Source: Candidatus Iainarchaeum sp.
Lineage (GTDB): Archaea; Iainarchaeota; Iainarchaeia; Iainarchaeales; JAAZKV01
Length of the DNA stretch: 64,000 nucleotides
Reading direction: 5' to 3'
Assembly (NCBI GenBank): GCA_028691435.1
Contig: JAQUZG010000003.1
Span: 2,605 to 66,604 of the forward strand
The notes below the pieces were generated by a model. That model was not told where the DNA came from. It searched no databases and was given only the letters and a program-made list of their open reading frames with translations. Made by a program: the position numbers and the translations under genes. How positions within the stretch are numbered: the stretch's first letter is position 1; every line of letters starts with the position of its first letter. Below are positions 28,897 through 39,194 of the stretch, piece by piece.

Positions 28897-30210
28897 TTAT
28901 TTATTTTCAGTTTTTGCATCTGGAATGTCAATCTTGGTTATTTTTTTTTCAACTGGGGTAATTGTATTTTTTCCTTTTTCAGCTAATATTACTCCAATAG
29001 TTGTAACAATATTTGTTCCAACAATTACAAGGAATACAATTGCTGTTAAATTTTCAATAAATACTTGAGTAAATGGAGTATTTTCAATAGTTAATAATCC
29101 CATACTTGCAGGTAGTGAAATTAAAACAGCTGCTGCAAGTCCTCTAGCACATAAATAAGTTAAATAATTTTCATCAGTTTTTATTTCTGGAACTAATTTA
29201 CCCATTAATTTTGCAGTTATTTTTCTTCCACCAACAATTAGGATAACTATAATTAATGAAATAATAATTATATTTATATCATTTAAAAATTTTACTTGGA
29301 ATAATAATCCTAAATAAACAAAGAATAGGGTTTTTATTAAAAATGATAATTGGCCTTGAAAATCTTTTATTTCTTCACTTATTATGATTATGTGCATCTT
29401 TAACATAGTAGTTATTTCTTTACTATTTCCAAGCACAATTCCAAATACTAAAACACCAATTGCTCCATTTCCTCTAAATATTGAAATTAATGAATATGTT
29501 ACAAACATTATCGCAAGAGTCATTAAGTAAATGTAATTTCTTCCTTTTAGTAAAGGAGTTATGAGTTTTAAAAATATTATACCAATAAAAAATCCAACTA
29601 CTCCGGCTATACAAAAATTAGTTAAAATATTTGAAATTACTATTATGATGTCTGCTGATCCCGAAATGTAAATTTGGCCAATTGCAACTGCTAATATAAC
29701 ACAGAATGCATCAGTTAGGGCAGATTCTAAACTTAATAATGTCTTTGTTTTTTCATTAGCTGATGTATTAACTACTAATGTTAAAATTATTGCTGAACTA
29801 GTTCCACCAAGTACACATGCTATAAATAAACCCACTAATGGGTCAATTGTATATACTCCAAAAAAGTTGAATACAAAAAATAAAATAAAAATTGATGTAA
29901 GTACAAAAAATAAATTTGTTATTGTGAATATTAATGAATTTCCAAGACCTTTTAATGTATCAAAAAATTTTAGATTAAGTCCGCCATCAAACAATAACAT
30001 CATTAATGCTAGACTTGCAAAATAAGGTAATATTCCTTGAAATAGAATCAATGATTCGCTATCAACAAACCCTAAAATTGGGCCAAGTAATAAACCTACA
30101 CTAAGTAAAATTAATAAATCAGGAATTTTTGTTTTTTTGAAAAAGATTAAACCTAAATAACCAATAAAGATTATGCCTGCTACAATTAAAAAAACAAATT
30201 CTGGATTCAT
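28897..30210 (-). CDS. cation:proton antiporter (CPA1/NhaP-type Na+/H+ exchanger)
   Basis: ~12 TM helices, N-terminal 'KIPDLLILLSVGLLLGP' typical of Na+/H+ exchanger family. Confidence 0.6.
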   Translation of the reverse strand: MNPEFVFLIVAGIIFIGYLGLIFFKKTKIPDLLILLSVGLLLGPILGFVDSESLILFQGILPYFASLALMMLLFDGGLNLKFFDTLKGLGNSLIFTITNLFFVLTSIFILFFVFNFFGVYTIDPLVGLFIACVLGGTSSAIILTLVVNTSANEKTKTLLSLESALTDAFCVILAVAIGQIYISGSADIIIVISNILTNFCIAGVVGFFIGIIFLKLITPLLKGRNYIYLMTLAIMFVTYSLISIFRGNGAIGVLVFGIVLGNSKEITTMLKMHIIIISEEIKDFQGQLSFLIKTLFFVYLGLLFQVKFLNDINIIIISLIIVILIVGGRKITAKLMGKLVPEIKTDENYLTYLCARGLAAAVLISLPASMGLLTIENTPFTQVFIENLTAIVFLVIVGTNIVTTIGVILAEKGKNTITPVEKKITKIDIPDAKTENK

Positions 30211-30321
30211 AAAAAATAAATATGTTAAAAGTATTTAAATCTAACCAATATTCAATAAATTTTAATTTTCTTAAATTTTTGATTTTTAAAATAATTTTTA
30301 AAGAGTGATATGCCTTGTAGA

Positions 30322-30969
30322 TTATTTAAATATTTTTTTACTATTTCTTATTTTTTGATTATATTCCCATTTTTTCTTTTTTTCAGTTTCAATATTGATG
30401 TATTTTAACCAATTTATTTTGAAAAATAAAATAATAACTATTACACTAAGTAATTCAAGACCTATTGTGAAATACTCATTTTGTTCAGGAAGTAAAGGTA
30501 ATAACCATGATAAAGTGTGGGTGACAATTAAGATCATGATGGTGTAATTTATTAATCGTCCAATAAAAAATCCTGCTAATGCTGGTTTTATGTCAGTTTT
30601 TATTGAACCAAGTGCAATAAACAACGCATTTGATGGAAGCGGGCTTAATGAAAAGAAGAAAGTAAACCAAAATTTTTCATTATTTTTTCCTTCTAGTTTT
30701 TCTTTTAAAACATCTAATTCTTTTTTCTTTTCTTCACTGTGTATTTTTTTAGAAAACAAGCCTGATAATTTTGCTAATGCGTATCGCCCAGCAGTTGATG
30801 CTGTTACTCCAATAATTGCTAGAACAATTAAATTCTGTTCAAAATTTATGTATAAGTATGATAATGTTGCCCATGTGGGGGGAGCAAATGCTGGAACAAG
30901 ATTAATTAGAAAAATAATTAACCATTCAAAAGCATAAAGAATTATTTGTTCAATTAATTGAATTATCAT
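30322..30969 (-). CDS. DedA/VTT (SNARE-associated) family membrane protein
   Basis: 'FFFSLSPLPSNALFIALGSIK' DedA core motif, multi-TM. Confidence 0.55.
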   Translation of the reverse strand: MIIQLIEQIILYAFEWLIIFLINLVPAFAPPTWATLSYLYINFEQNLIVLAIIGVTASTAGRYALAKLSGLFSKKIHSEEKKKELDVLKEKLEGKNNEKFWFTFFFSLSPLPSNALFIALGSIKTDIKPALAGFFIGRLINYTIMILIVTHTLSWLLPLLPEQNEYFTIGLELLSVIVIILFFKINWLKYINIETEKKKKWEYNQKIRNSKKIFK

Positions 30970-31020
30970 AAATATTCATTTTAATTTAATATTAAAAATC
31001 CTTCTATTTAATTTATTCAT

Positions 31021-31689
31021 ATGAAAAACAATTTAAGACAAAATATAATTCTAAAAAATATTGTTTTACTTGATGAAATAAATAAATCAAAAAAAGTTAA
31101 ACTGATTAGTGAAAAAGAATTGATGAATATAATGAAAAAACAAAATCAAAATAATTTAACAAGTAAAAATGATTTGCCAAATAAATCTACTTTGTCAAAT
31201 GACTCTGATTTAAATTTTGATTTAAAACTTGAAATTGCATCTGGAAATAAACCAAAACCAGGATTTATTCATTTTGATGTTAGAAAAAATATTGGTGCTG
31301 ATGTTTTGGGGGATGTAAGAAATTTACCATTTAAAGATAATACATTTAGTGAAATTTATTCTAGATTTTTACTTGAACATTTATCAAGAAAAGATGCTAT
31401 TAAATCACTTTCAGAAATTTATCGAGTTTTAAAAAACAATGGAACTTTTGAAATAATTGTTCCAGATTTAAAGTACTTTTGTAAATTGTTTATTAGTGAA
31501 AAAGGACAACTAAAAGAATGGGCATTGAATAAAATGTATGGATTTGAAAATTATGATGAAGACCATCACTTTTTTGGATATGATGAAGAAATATTAACTG
31601 AATTTTTAAAATATGTAAAATTTACTTATATAAAAAAGATTGATGATGAAGAACAATATTTACATTTAATAGTTAAGAAAGTCGAGTAA
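31021..31689 (+). CDS. class I SAM-dependent methyltransferase (type 11-like)
   Basis: 'LEIASGNKP' G-x-G motif, 'DVRNLPFKDNTFSEIYSRFLLEHL', 'VLKNNGTFEIIVPD'. Confidence 0.55.
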   Translation: MKNNLRQNIILKNIVLLDEINKSKKVKLISEKELMNIMKKQNQNNLTSKNDLPNKSTLSNDSDLNFDLKLEIASGNKPKPGFIHFDVRKNIGADVLGDVRNLPFKDNTFSEIYSRFLLEHLSRKDAIKSLSEIYRVLKNNGTFEIIVPDLKYFCKLFISEKGQLKEWALNKMYGFENYDEDHHFFGYDEEILTEFLKYVKFTYIKKIDDEEQYLHLIVKKVE

Positions 31690-31805
31690 CAAAACTAATC
31701 AAATAATTTGTTTTATAATTATTTGCTTTATTAATTTTATTTAATTGGTTTATTTGCATTAGCTGATTTATTTGTTTAATGTATTAAACCTAATAAATAT
31801 TTAAG

Positions 31806-32417
31806 GTGGGGAAAATAATGAAAAATTTAAGTAAATTAATTTTTGGAGTATTTGTAATATCACTGTTTTTGGTTTTTTTTGGATGTGTTAATCAACAACC
31901 AATAGGGGATAAAAATTTAGTTGATTTAAACAGTAGTTCTGTTGATAATAATTTAACTGTTGATAAAAATTCTTCAACTTATTCTAATCTTGAATCTTTA
32001 TTTAGAGCAAAAACTGGGAATACAGTGACTGTTCATTATGTTGGATCTTATGAAAATGGCACTATTTTTGATTCAAGTGTAGATAGAAATCAACCAATTA
32101 CTTTTGTTGTTGGTAGTGGACAAATGATAGAAGGTTTTGATGAAGCAGTAGTTGGAATGAAAGTTGGAGATAAAAAAACAGTTATTATTCCGCCTGAAAA
32201 AGCTTATGGTGTTGAATCAACTAATGTTTATTATGTGGATTCTAATATGTTTGATACAAATAAACTTGATGTTGGTATGATATTTAGAGAATCAATTAAT
32301 GGTTATATAATCAAAGTTGTTGAAGTTGTTAATGATAGAAATGTTGGTGTAACAGTTAATAATTCAAAAGCTGGTCAAACATTAATATTTGATATTGAAA
32401 TGTTAAATATAAAATAA
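31806..32417 (+). CDS. FKBP-type peptidyl-prolyl cis-trans isomerase, secreted/lipoprotein form
   Basis: Signal peptide plus Cys ('FFGCVNQ'); 'TVTVHYVGSYENGTIFDSS...FVVGSGQMIEGFDEAVVGMKVGDKKTVIIPPEKAYG'. Confidence 0.75.
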   Translation: MGKIMKNLSKLIFGVFVISLFLVFFGCVNQQPIGDKNLVDLNSSSVDNNLTVDKNSSTYSNLESLFRAKTGNTVTVHYVGSYENGTIFDSSVDRNQPITFVVGSGQMIEGFDEAVVGMKVGDKKTVIIPPEKAYGVESTNVYYVDSNMFDTNKLDVGMIFRESINGYIIKVVEVVNDRNVGVTVNNSKAGQTLIFDIEMLNIK

Positions 32418-32483
32418 AATTAATATTTGATAAAGACTTAATTAGTCTTTATTTTATTTTTTAATTTTTTAGGGGGAATTTAA

Positions 32484-32906
32484 ATGAGTAAGAAAGTAGA
32501 TAGAGATGATGTTGTATCTGTACATTATACTGGTAAGTTTGAGGATGGAAAAAAGTTTGATTCAAGTCTTGATAGAAACCAACCACTTGAATTTGTTGTT
32601 GGAGCAGGTCAAATGATTAAAGGTTTTGATGAAGCAGTAGTTGGAATGAAAGTTGGAGAAAAGAAAACAGTAAAAATTCCTGCTGAAAAAGCGTATGGAG
32701 TAAGGAATGAAAATGCAATTTTAAAAATAACAAAAGAAACTTTTCCAGATTTTGATAAATTAAAAGTTGGTATGGAATTAATGTCTTCTAATGGAGCATC
32801 TGGAAGAATAATTGAAATTTCTAATGGTGTTGCAACTGCTGATTTTAATCATTTTTTAGCAGGAAAAACACTAGTTTTTGATATTGAAATGTTAAAAATA
32901 GAATAA
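32484..32906 (+). CDS. FKBP-type peptidyl-prolyl cis-trans isomerase (SlyD-like, cytoplasmic)
   Basis: 'VVSVHYTGKFEDGKKFDSS...FVVGAGQMIKGFDEAVVGMKVGEKKTVKIPAEKAYG'. Confidence 0.8.
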   Translation: MSKKVDRDDVVSVHYTGKFEDGKKFDSSLDRNQPLEFVVGAGQMIKGFDEAVVGMKVGEKKTVKIPAEKAYGVRNENAILKITKETFPDFDKLKVGMELMSSNGASGRIIEISNGVATADFNHFLAGKTLVFDIEMLKIE

Positions 32907-32942
32907 TTTTCTATTTTTATAATTAGCTATCTAATTTAATTT

Positions 32943-33725
32943 TTATTTATTTTTAATTCCCATTTGGAAAAAAATATCTTCTTCTAAATCTTTTTCTTTA
33001 TCCAGTTTTGTTTTTTTAAGATCTCTAATTATTTCTTTTGTATTTTGTTTTAATTCAGATTTTGTTTTATATATTTCATTATTTTTTTTAATAACTGTTA
33101 ATTTTGATTCAATATCAATTATTGATTTCTTAATATTTGAATTTAATTTATTATAATTCTCTTCATTAAGTTTTCGTTTTAAATATTTTTCTTGAGCTAT
33201 TTTTGATTCGTTAATCTTTTTTGCTTTTTCTTTTAATAATTTAATTGCATTATCTAACTCGTTTTTTGGTAAATAATTTAATTTTTCTATTTCTTTATTT
33301 AATTTAAATTCATTATTTTTTAATTTTAATTCACTTTCAATTTCTATTAATTCCTTGTTAGCTTCATTTGAAATCTCGGAATATGTTTTTTCATCAATTT
33401 GCCTCTTTAAAAATTTACTCTCACTAATTTTTAACTTTTCATCAATTTCTCTTTTTTTATCACTCAATGACATACTATCTAAATTAACTAATTTAGTTAA
33501 ATTTTGTTTTTTATTTTCTGATTTATTATTTACTAAATCAACTTTATTTATTATTATAATTGTTATAATTAAAATTATAAAAATAAAAATTGGAATTAAA
33601 TTAAATAATAAATTTTCACTAGATTCAGTAGTAAAAAATATTTTTATTAATCCAAAAGTTATTACAGGTAATAAGAAAGCAAGAATAATTAGGATAGTTG
33701 ATGTTTTTCTTTTATTAAAATTCAT
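32943..33725 (-). CDS. membrane-anchored coiled-coil protein (K/E-rich)
   Basis: Two N-terminal TM helices followed by heptad-like K/E/L-rich sequence. Confidence 0.4.
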   Translation of the reverse strand: MNFNKRKTSTILIILAFLLPVITFGLIKIFFTTESSENLLFNLIPIFIFIILIITIIIINKVDLVNNKSENKKQNLTKLVNLDSMSLSDKKREIDEKLKISESKFLKRQIDEKTYSEISNEANKELIEIESELKLKNNEFKLNKEIEKLNYLPKNELDNAIKLLKEKAKKINESKIAQEKYLKRKLNEENYNKLNSNIKKSIIDIESKLTVIKKNNEIYKTKSELKQNTKEIIRDLKKTKLDKEKDLEEDIFFQMGIKNK

Positions 33726-33820
33726 ATTAAACTAACGATTTTGCTAAATAAAAATATTGCTGTGACTCAATTTCTATAAAATTGTAACCTAAAGCACAAA
33801 TTTATTAATTTCAAATTTTA

Positions 33821-34606
33821 ATGATTATTATGCAAAAAATTTTATTTGATCAAAAAGGACAAAATACAATTGAATATTTATTGCTAATCTCTGCACTTCT
33901 TGTGCTTGGTGTCACTTTTGCAGTTTTATTAACTGATCAAAATCTTGATTTGATGAAATTATTTAATGCATCTAATAATTCTAAAAATGATGCACTTGTT
34001 ATTTTGGATAATGCTGTTGATTATGATGAAAATGGGTATTTTTATTTATCTAATAATACTAATGAAACTTTAATTTTAACAAAAATTTCAACTTTTGATT
34101 TTAATTGGAGTTTAAAACCTAGTGAAAAAGTGACTGTTAAAGCAAATGGTTTAAATTGTGGATGTAAACAAATTGAAAAAAGAAATTGTGACTTAGAAGT
34201 AATTTATACAAAATCAAATGGTTTAGAATTTGTTCAAACAATTAATTTTGTTGCAAATTGTGTTGAAGAATTAAATGTTGCTAATTATATTGATAATAAT
34301 TTTTCTAATTTATCTAATTTTGATTCAAATTCCCCTTTGATTGAAATCATTTCTACAGAAATTGTTAATTTAAATGATTTGAAAATCACTTTTGTTACAT
34401 TTGATAATAATGATATTGCTAAATTTTATTCAAGAATAAATTATGAAGGTTATGAAGAAATAGCTCCTGAAATTGTAGATGTTGATGAAAATAAATATTC
34501 TTTTACATTTGTTTCAATTCCAAATGGAATAAATAAATATTTTATAAAAGTACAGGATTATGCAAGTAATTATTCAATAGATAGTAATTATTTTGAAAAA
34601 GAATAA
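33821..34606 (+). CDS. archaeal type IV pilin-like protein with class III signal peptide (DUF361-type 'KGQ|NTIEYLLLI')
   Basis: 'MIIMQKILFDQKGQNTIEYLLLISALLVLGV' matches the prepilin peptidase (FlaK/EppA) cleavage context; mature part is N/S/T-rich. Confidence 0.5.
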   Translation: MIIMQKILFDQKGQNTIEYLLLISALLVLGVTFAVLLTDQNLDLMKLFNASNNSKNDALVILDNAVDYDENGYFYLSNNTNETLILTKISTFDFNWSLKPSEKVTVKANGLNCGCKQIEKRNCDLEVIYTKSNGLEFVQTINFVANCVEELNVANYIDNNFSNLSNFDSNSPLIEIISTEIVNLNDLKITFVTFDNNDIAKFYSRINYEGYEEIAPEIVDVDENKYSFTFVSIPNGINKYFIKVQDYASNYSIDSNYFEKE

Positions 34607-34711
34607 GCTATTACTCATAGTTGATGTTATATAATTTAATATAAAAAAATAATAATAAAAAGAATAATTTATTAATTAGAAAATTATTATTTTTATATTA
34701 AATAATGTGGG

Positions 34712-35644
34712 ATGTTTATGGATATTGTTAAAAAAACTGTACAAGATATAAAATCATTAAAAATTCAAGGTGCTTCAAATGTACGAAAAAAAGCTGTTGA
34801 TGCACTAATGAAAGCATCAACTAATAGTAAATTAAATAATCCTTTAGAATTTAGAAAAGAATTTTTAACTAATTCAGAATTATTGTTTTATGCTAGGCCA
34901 ACTGAACCAGAACTTAGAACAGCAATTAGAATATTTAAAAAAAGTATTGCTCAAAAAGACTTGACAGTTAAACAAATGAAAGAAAAATTACAAAAAACAG
35001 ATTATGATTATGAAGCTTCACGAAAAAAAGCAAAAGAATTAATTGTAATGCATGGAGCTAAATTAATTCCAAAAAATTCAACTATTTTAACAATTTGTCA
35101 TTCTTCAACAGTTGTTGATATTTTAATTAAGGCAAAGAAAAATATTAAACAAGTTTATTGTCTTGAAACTAGACCACTTTACCAAGGAAGAATTACAGCA
35201 AAAGAATTAAGTGATGCCGGATTAAATGTAACTTTGTTAGTTGATAATGCTGCAAGTACAGTTTTAAAAAAGTGTGATTTCTTTTTTTCTGGAGCTGATG
35301 CAATACTAGCTGATGGAGATGTAATTAATAAAATTGGAACTAATCAAATAAGTTATGCATGTAAACGATATGATACAAAGCATTATGTTTGTGCTTCAAC
35401 TCATAAATTTGAAGCAGTAACTTTTTTTGGAGAACAAGAACCAATTGAACAAAGGGCTGTAAAAGAAATATTTGAAAAAAAAGCAAAATTTTCTATTCTT
35501 AATCCAGCTTTTGATCGAACGGATTCTTCAACAATTGAAGGAATAATTACTGAAAAAGGAGTTTTTGGTCCAAAACAATTAGCCTCAATACTCTATGCTG
35601 AATTAAACTTAGCAAGTTATGAAAGTGAATTTTTAAAACTTTAA
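34712..35644 (+). CDS. ribose-1,5-bisphosphate isomerase / aIF-2B alpha-beta-delta family protein
   Basis: eIF-2B family Rossmann-like fold; 'CHSSTV', 'ETRPLYQGRITAKEL', 'GADAILADGDVINKIGT'. AMP phosphorylase lies two genes downstream. Confidence 0.65.
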   Translation: MFMDIVKKTVQDIKSLKIQGASNVRKKAVDALMKASTNSKLNNPLEFRKEFLTNSELLFYARPTEPELRTAIRIFKKSIAQKDLTVKQMKEKLQKTDYDYEASRKKAKELIVMHGAKLIPKNSTILTICHSSTVVDILIKAKKNIKQVYCLETRPLYQGRITAKELSDAGLNVTLLVDNAASTVLKKCDFFFSGADAILADGDVINKIGTNQISYACKRYDTKHYVCASTHKFEAVTFFGEQEPIEQRAVKEIFEKKAKFSILNPAFDRTDSSTIEGIITEKGVFGPKQLASILYAELNLASYESEFLKL

Positions 35645-35721
35645 AGTTTACTTTTTTTGGATTAAAAAAATAAAAAAAGACTAACTTTTGAAAAGGAATT
35701 AATTTAAATTGACTAAATTAA

Positions 35722-36300
35722 TTACCTTCCAGGCCTTCTTGATTGTAATCCAGGTCTTTTCCTTGGATTAATTATTTCTGGGCGTCTTATTACTTGGCCA
35801 CTTTTTCTCATTGGACCTCGTAACACTAATCTTGGTTGTCTTGTAACTACTTGTTGTCCAGTCTTTGGTTTTAATCCTTTACTTGTTGAAGTATTTGGTT
35901 GTTGTAAAACAACTGGTCTTTTTGGACTTGTTGGTTTTCTACCATTTTGAATTTGATATCCTGTAACTACTTTATGTCTAGTAAACGGTTGTCTAATTGG
36001 TAATTGACTTGGATGAATTGACTGACTAGTTTCTTGTGAGTTATTTATTTCTTGGGCATTTTTTTGAAGTCTTGCTCTTTTTTTTCGAGCTATATTCTTT
36101 AATTCTAATTCACGAGCTAATTTTGCAAGTCTATCTTGTTCAGCTTTAATTTCCTCAGGAGTTAATTCTTGTTTTGCTGGTTTAGGTTTTGGCTTAGGAG
36201 TTGGGGCGAGTCCATTTTTTTGCTGGTTTGCTAAAATCCTTTGTTGATTTGAAATTTTCCGTTGTATTTTTTTTAATCGTTTAACTTTTCTCATAATCAT
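35722..36300 (-). CDS. highly basic, Pro/Gln/Arg-rich low-complexity protein (intrinsically disordered)
   Basis: 192 aa, 'PKPKPKPAKQ', 'RRPEIINPRKRPGLQSRRPGR'; 15-bp gap to tyrS. Confidence 0.4.
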   Translation of the reverse strand: MIMRKVKRLKKIQRKISNQQRILANQQKNGLAPTPKPKPKPAKQELTPEEIKAEQDRLAKLARELELKNIARKKRARLQKNAQEINNSQETSQSIHPSQLPIRQPFTRHKVVTGYQIQNGRKPTSPKRPVVLQQPNTSTSKGLKPKTGQQVVTRQPRLVLRGPMRKSGQVIRRPEIINPRKRPGLQSRRPGR

Positions 36301-36315
36301 TCACTTAATTAATTA

Positions 36316-37386
36316 TTATTTTGTTATATTAAAACTTTTCACTTGAGCTAACAAATCTTTTGCTCTTGAATTATTTTCAAAATGTTTTCTTGTTGGTTCA
36401 ATTAATTTGTCTATGTATACTGCAGTTGCTGTTTTTAAGTCGCCAGGATGTAATTCTTTTTTTAAGAATGCATCTTCCATTTCTTTATAATTATTAAATT
36501 CAACATCTCCACCATATTGAGTAGGTCTTTCAATTTTAACTTTATCAAATCTTTCAAAAATCATATATTTGTTATATTCCATAATTGGATTTTCTTCAGC
36601 AATTCCTTCTAAACAAAATGCTTTTGAAATTTTTCGCTTAATATCTTCTGCCCCATCTGTCATAAAGATTGCTGAATCAGGATTACTCTTACTCATTTTT
36701 TTTGCAATTGCTCTTTCTGCACCAATTGCATCTGTTTTAACTTCTTTAAGTCCAGCCATCATGTGGTGTGAAATAACAATTGGTTTATAGTATCCAATTT
36801 TTGGCCCAATTTCTCTAGCTAAAACATTTACTTTTCTTTGATCAAGTCCAAGTTGAGTCACATCTGCTCCTAAATAAAAAATATCTGCACATTGCATGCA
36901 AGGGTAGAATATTTGAGCTGCTTTTAAATCATTTTCTCCTCTTCCCATAATTTGAGAACATCTTGTAATTCTTGTAACTGAATTTTTTGTAGCAATATTC
37001 ATTACTATTTTCCAATAATCTGGATCTTTAATTACATCATTTGCCCAAACAAATTCAACTCCACTTAAATCCATTCCAGTAGTTTTCCAAACTTCAATAA
37101 AATATTCTCCAGCAGTTTGAATATTTTCTAAATTTCCGCCAAGTTTATTATTTGCAAGTGCAAACCAATCAGCAACATACATTTTAAATTTAAAACCAGC
37201 TTTTACCATTTTATTAATATTAATCGCTCTTAAAATTCCTTGAGCAATATGGATTTGTCCACTTGGTTCAAAACCATCATAAGCAATAGGATTTTTTTTA
37301 GTTTCAAGAAGATTTCGTAATTCTTCTTCAGTTAAGATTTCCTCTCCAACTTCTTTAATTAAGTCAATTTTTTGATCAATATTCAT
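36316..37386 (-). CDS. tyrS: tyrosyl-tRNA synthetase, archaeal/eukaryotic type
   Basis: Collinear with archaeal TyrRS: 'EEELRNLL...AYDGFEPSGQIHIAQG', 'IFYPCMQCADIFYLGADVTQLGLDQRKVNVLAREI', 'KKMSKS', C-terminal 'NPIMEY...ERPTQYGGDVEFNNYKEMEDAFLKKELHPGDLK'. Confidence 0.8.
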   Translation of the reverse strand: MNIDQKIDLIKEVGEEILTEEELRNLLETKKNPIAYDGFEPSGQIHIAQGILRAININKMVKAGFKFKMYVADWFALANNKLGGNLENIQTAGEYFIEVWKTTGMDLSGVEFVWANDVIKDPDYWKIVMNIATKNSVTRITRCSQIMGRGENDLKAAQIFYPCMQCADIFYLGADVTQLGLDQRKVNVLAREIGPKIGYYKPIVISHHMMAGLKEVKTDAIGAERAIAKKMSKSNPDSAIFMTDGAEDIKRKISKAFCLEGIAEENPIMEYNKYMIFERFDKVKIERPTQYGGDVEFNNYKEMEDAFLKKELHPGDLKTATAVYIDKLIEPTRKHFENNSRAKDLLAQVKSFNITK

Positions 37387-37542
37387 AACAAAAATAAGTT
37401 TAATTCTTTTTTTATATGTTATGTTTTATTGATTTTTTTTATTTGATTATTATTTTAAATTATATTTTATTTTCTCTCAAAACAATTATAAACTACTTTT
37501 GTGTTATTTAATTAAATTAAGGATAAAAAAATGGTGATTTAG

Positions 37543-39066
37543 ATGAGTGATTATTCAAAGGATTTAAAAGTAAAAATATTTGGGATTACAACTGGAAAAT
37601 CAATTTGTATATTAAATAAAATTGATGCAAAAGATTTTGGTTTATTTACTGGTGACAGAGTAGAACTTTATAATAAACGATCAAAAAAGAGAGCTGTTGG
37701 AGTTATTGATATAACTGCAAATGAATTAAAATCTGGTCAAATTGGATTATTTGAAGATATTGCTGCTACTCTTAGCGCAAAAGAAAAAGATTTAATTGAT
37801 ACAAAAGTAACTAAATCACTTAAAAGTTTAGATTTTATAAAAAAGAAAATGGATGGTAAAAAATTAACAAATGAAGAAGTAGTTGAAATTGTAAAAGATA
37901 TTACTGATGATAGATTAACTGATGTTGAAGCAAGTGCATTTATTGCTGCTATTTATATGAAAGGATTAGATTTAGATGAAACTGTTTACATGACTAAAGC
38001 TCTAATAAATAATGGAAATAAGATTTCTTTCGATGTAACTCCAGTTGTGGATAAACACAGTGTTGGGGGAGTAAATGGGCGAGCAACAATGGTAATCATT
38101 CCAATAATTGCTAGTGCTGGATTATATATGCCAAAAACTTCATCAAGAAGTATTACTTCTTCAGCAGGAACAGCTGATGCAATGGAAGTTTTAGCACCAG
38201 TTGATTTAGATTTTAATAAAATAAAAGAAATTACAAAAAAAGTTGGGGGAGTAATTGCTTGGGGTGGAGCAGTAGATCTTGCACCAGCAGATGATAAAAT
38301 CATAAAACTTGAACACCCATTAAGTTTAGATCCAGAAGGACAAGTAATTGCTTCAGTTCTTGCAAAAAAAGCAAGTGTTGGAAGTAAATATGTTGTAATT
38401 GATTTACCTGTTGGACCACAAGTAAAAATAAAAGATCAAAAAACAGCACTAAGAATGGCTGAAAAATTTGTTCATGTTGGAAAAGAAATTGGAATGGAAG
38501 TTGATGCTGTAATTACTGATGGAACAGAACCTAGTGGTTTAGCATTTGGTCCAGCTCTTGAAGCAAAATATGCTCTTGAGATTCTTGAAGGAAAAAGATT
38601 TGATAATCTTGCACAAAAAAGTTGTGAATGTGCGGGAGCAGTTCTTGAATTAGCTAAAAAAGTAAAAGTTGGAAAAGGGTATGAAGCAGCAAGAGTAATT
38701 CTTGAATCAGGAAAAGCTTTAGCAAAAATGAAAGAAATTATTAAAGCCCAGGGTGGAAAAATATTTTCAAGTGAAGATATTAAATTAGCTAAATATAAAA
38801 AAGAAATTTTTGCGAAAGAAAATGGAGTAATACAAGAATTTAATATCAAACTTTTAACAAAAGCTGCAAGATTAGCAGGTGCACCAGCTGATAAAACAGC
38901 AGGGATATTACTTTCAAAAACAGTTGGAGAAAAAATCGGTAGGAATGAATTATTATTAACTATCTATGCTGAAAACAAACAAAAATTAGAAGTTGCTACT
39001 GAATTTATTGAACAAAATTGTCCAGTAACATTTAAAAAAATAATAATTCAAACAATAAGAGATTAA
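37543..39066 (+). CDS. AMP phosphorylase (thymidine phosphorylase family, archaeal DeoA-like with N-terminal extension)
   Basis: ~507 aa; 'VDKHSVGGVNGRATMVIIPIIASAG...TSSRSITSSAGTADAMEVLA' pyrimidine-nucleoside-phosphorylase core plus an N-terminal ~90-aa domain typical of archaeal AMPpase. Confidence 0.8.
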   Translation: MSDYSKDLKVKIFGITTGKSICILNKIDAKDFGLFTGDRVELYNKRSKKRAVGVIDITANELKSGQIGLFEDIAATLSAKEKDLIDTKVTKSLKSLDFIKKKMDGKKLTNEEVVEIVKDITDDRLTDVEASAFIAAIYMKGLDLDETVYMTKALINNGNKISFDVTPVVDKHSVGGVNGRATMVIIPIIASAGLYMPKTSSRSITSSAGTADAMEVLAPVDLDFNKIKEITKKVGGVIAWGGAVDLAPADDKIIKLEHPLSLDPEGQVIASVLAKKASVGSKYVVIDLPVGPQVKIKDQKTALRMAEKFVHVGKEIGMEVDAVITDGTEPSGLAFGPALEAKYALEILEGKRFDNLAQKSCECAGAVLELAKKVKVGKGYEAARVILESGKALAKMKEIIKAQGGKIFSSEDIKLAKYKKEIFAKENGVIQEFNIKLLTKAARLAGAPADKTAGILLSKTVGEKIGRNELLLTIYAENKQKLEVATEFIEQNCPVTFKKIIIQTIRD

Positions 39067-39194
39067 ACAGACTTAATAACTGTTTAATTAAAAAAATTAG
39101 TTTAGGTAATTAATCATTTTGATTAATTTACTTAAATTTATTAAATTATTTTCTTGTTTAATTTTTATTTTTTTTACTTTTTAATTAAATAACT

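Noticed and set aside
30590-30937. 115-aa plus-strand ORF
   Set aside because: It is antisense to the DedA-family membrane protein gene.
37986-38849. Minus-strand ORFs 37986..38303 and 38472..38849
   Set aside because: They are antisense to the AMP phosphorylase gene, and their GC-skewed A/P/S-rich products are typical of antisense frames.
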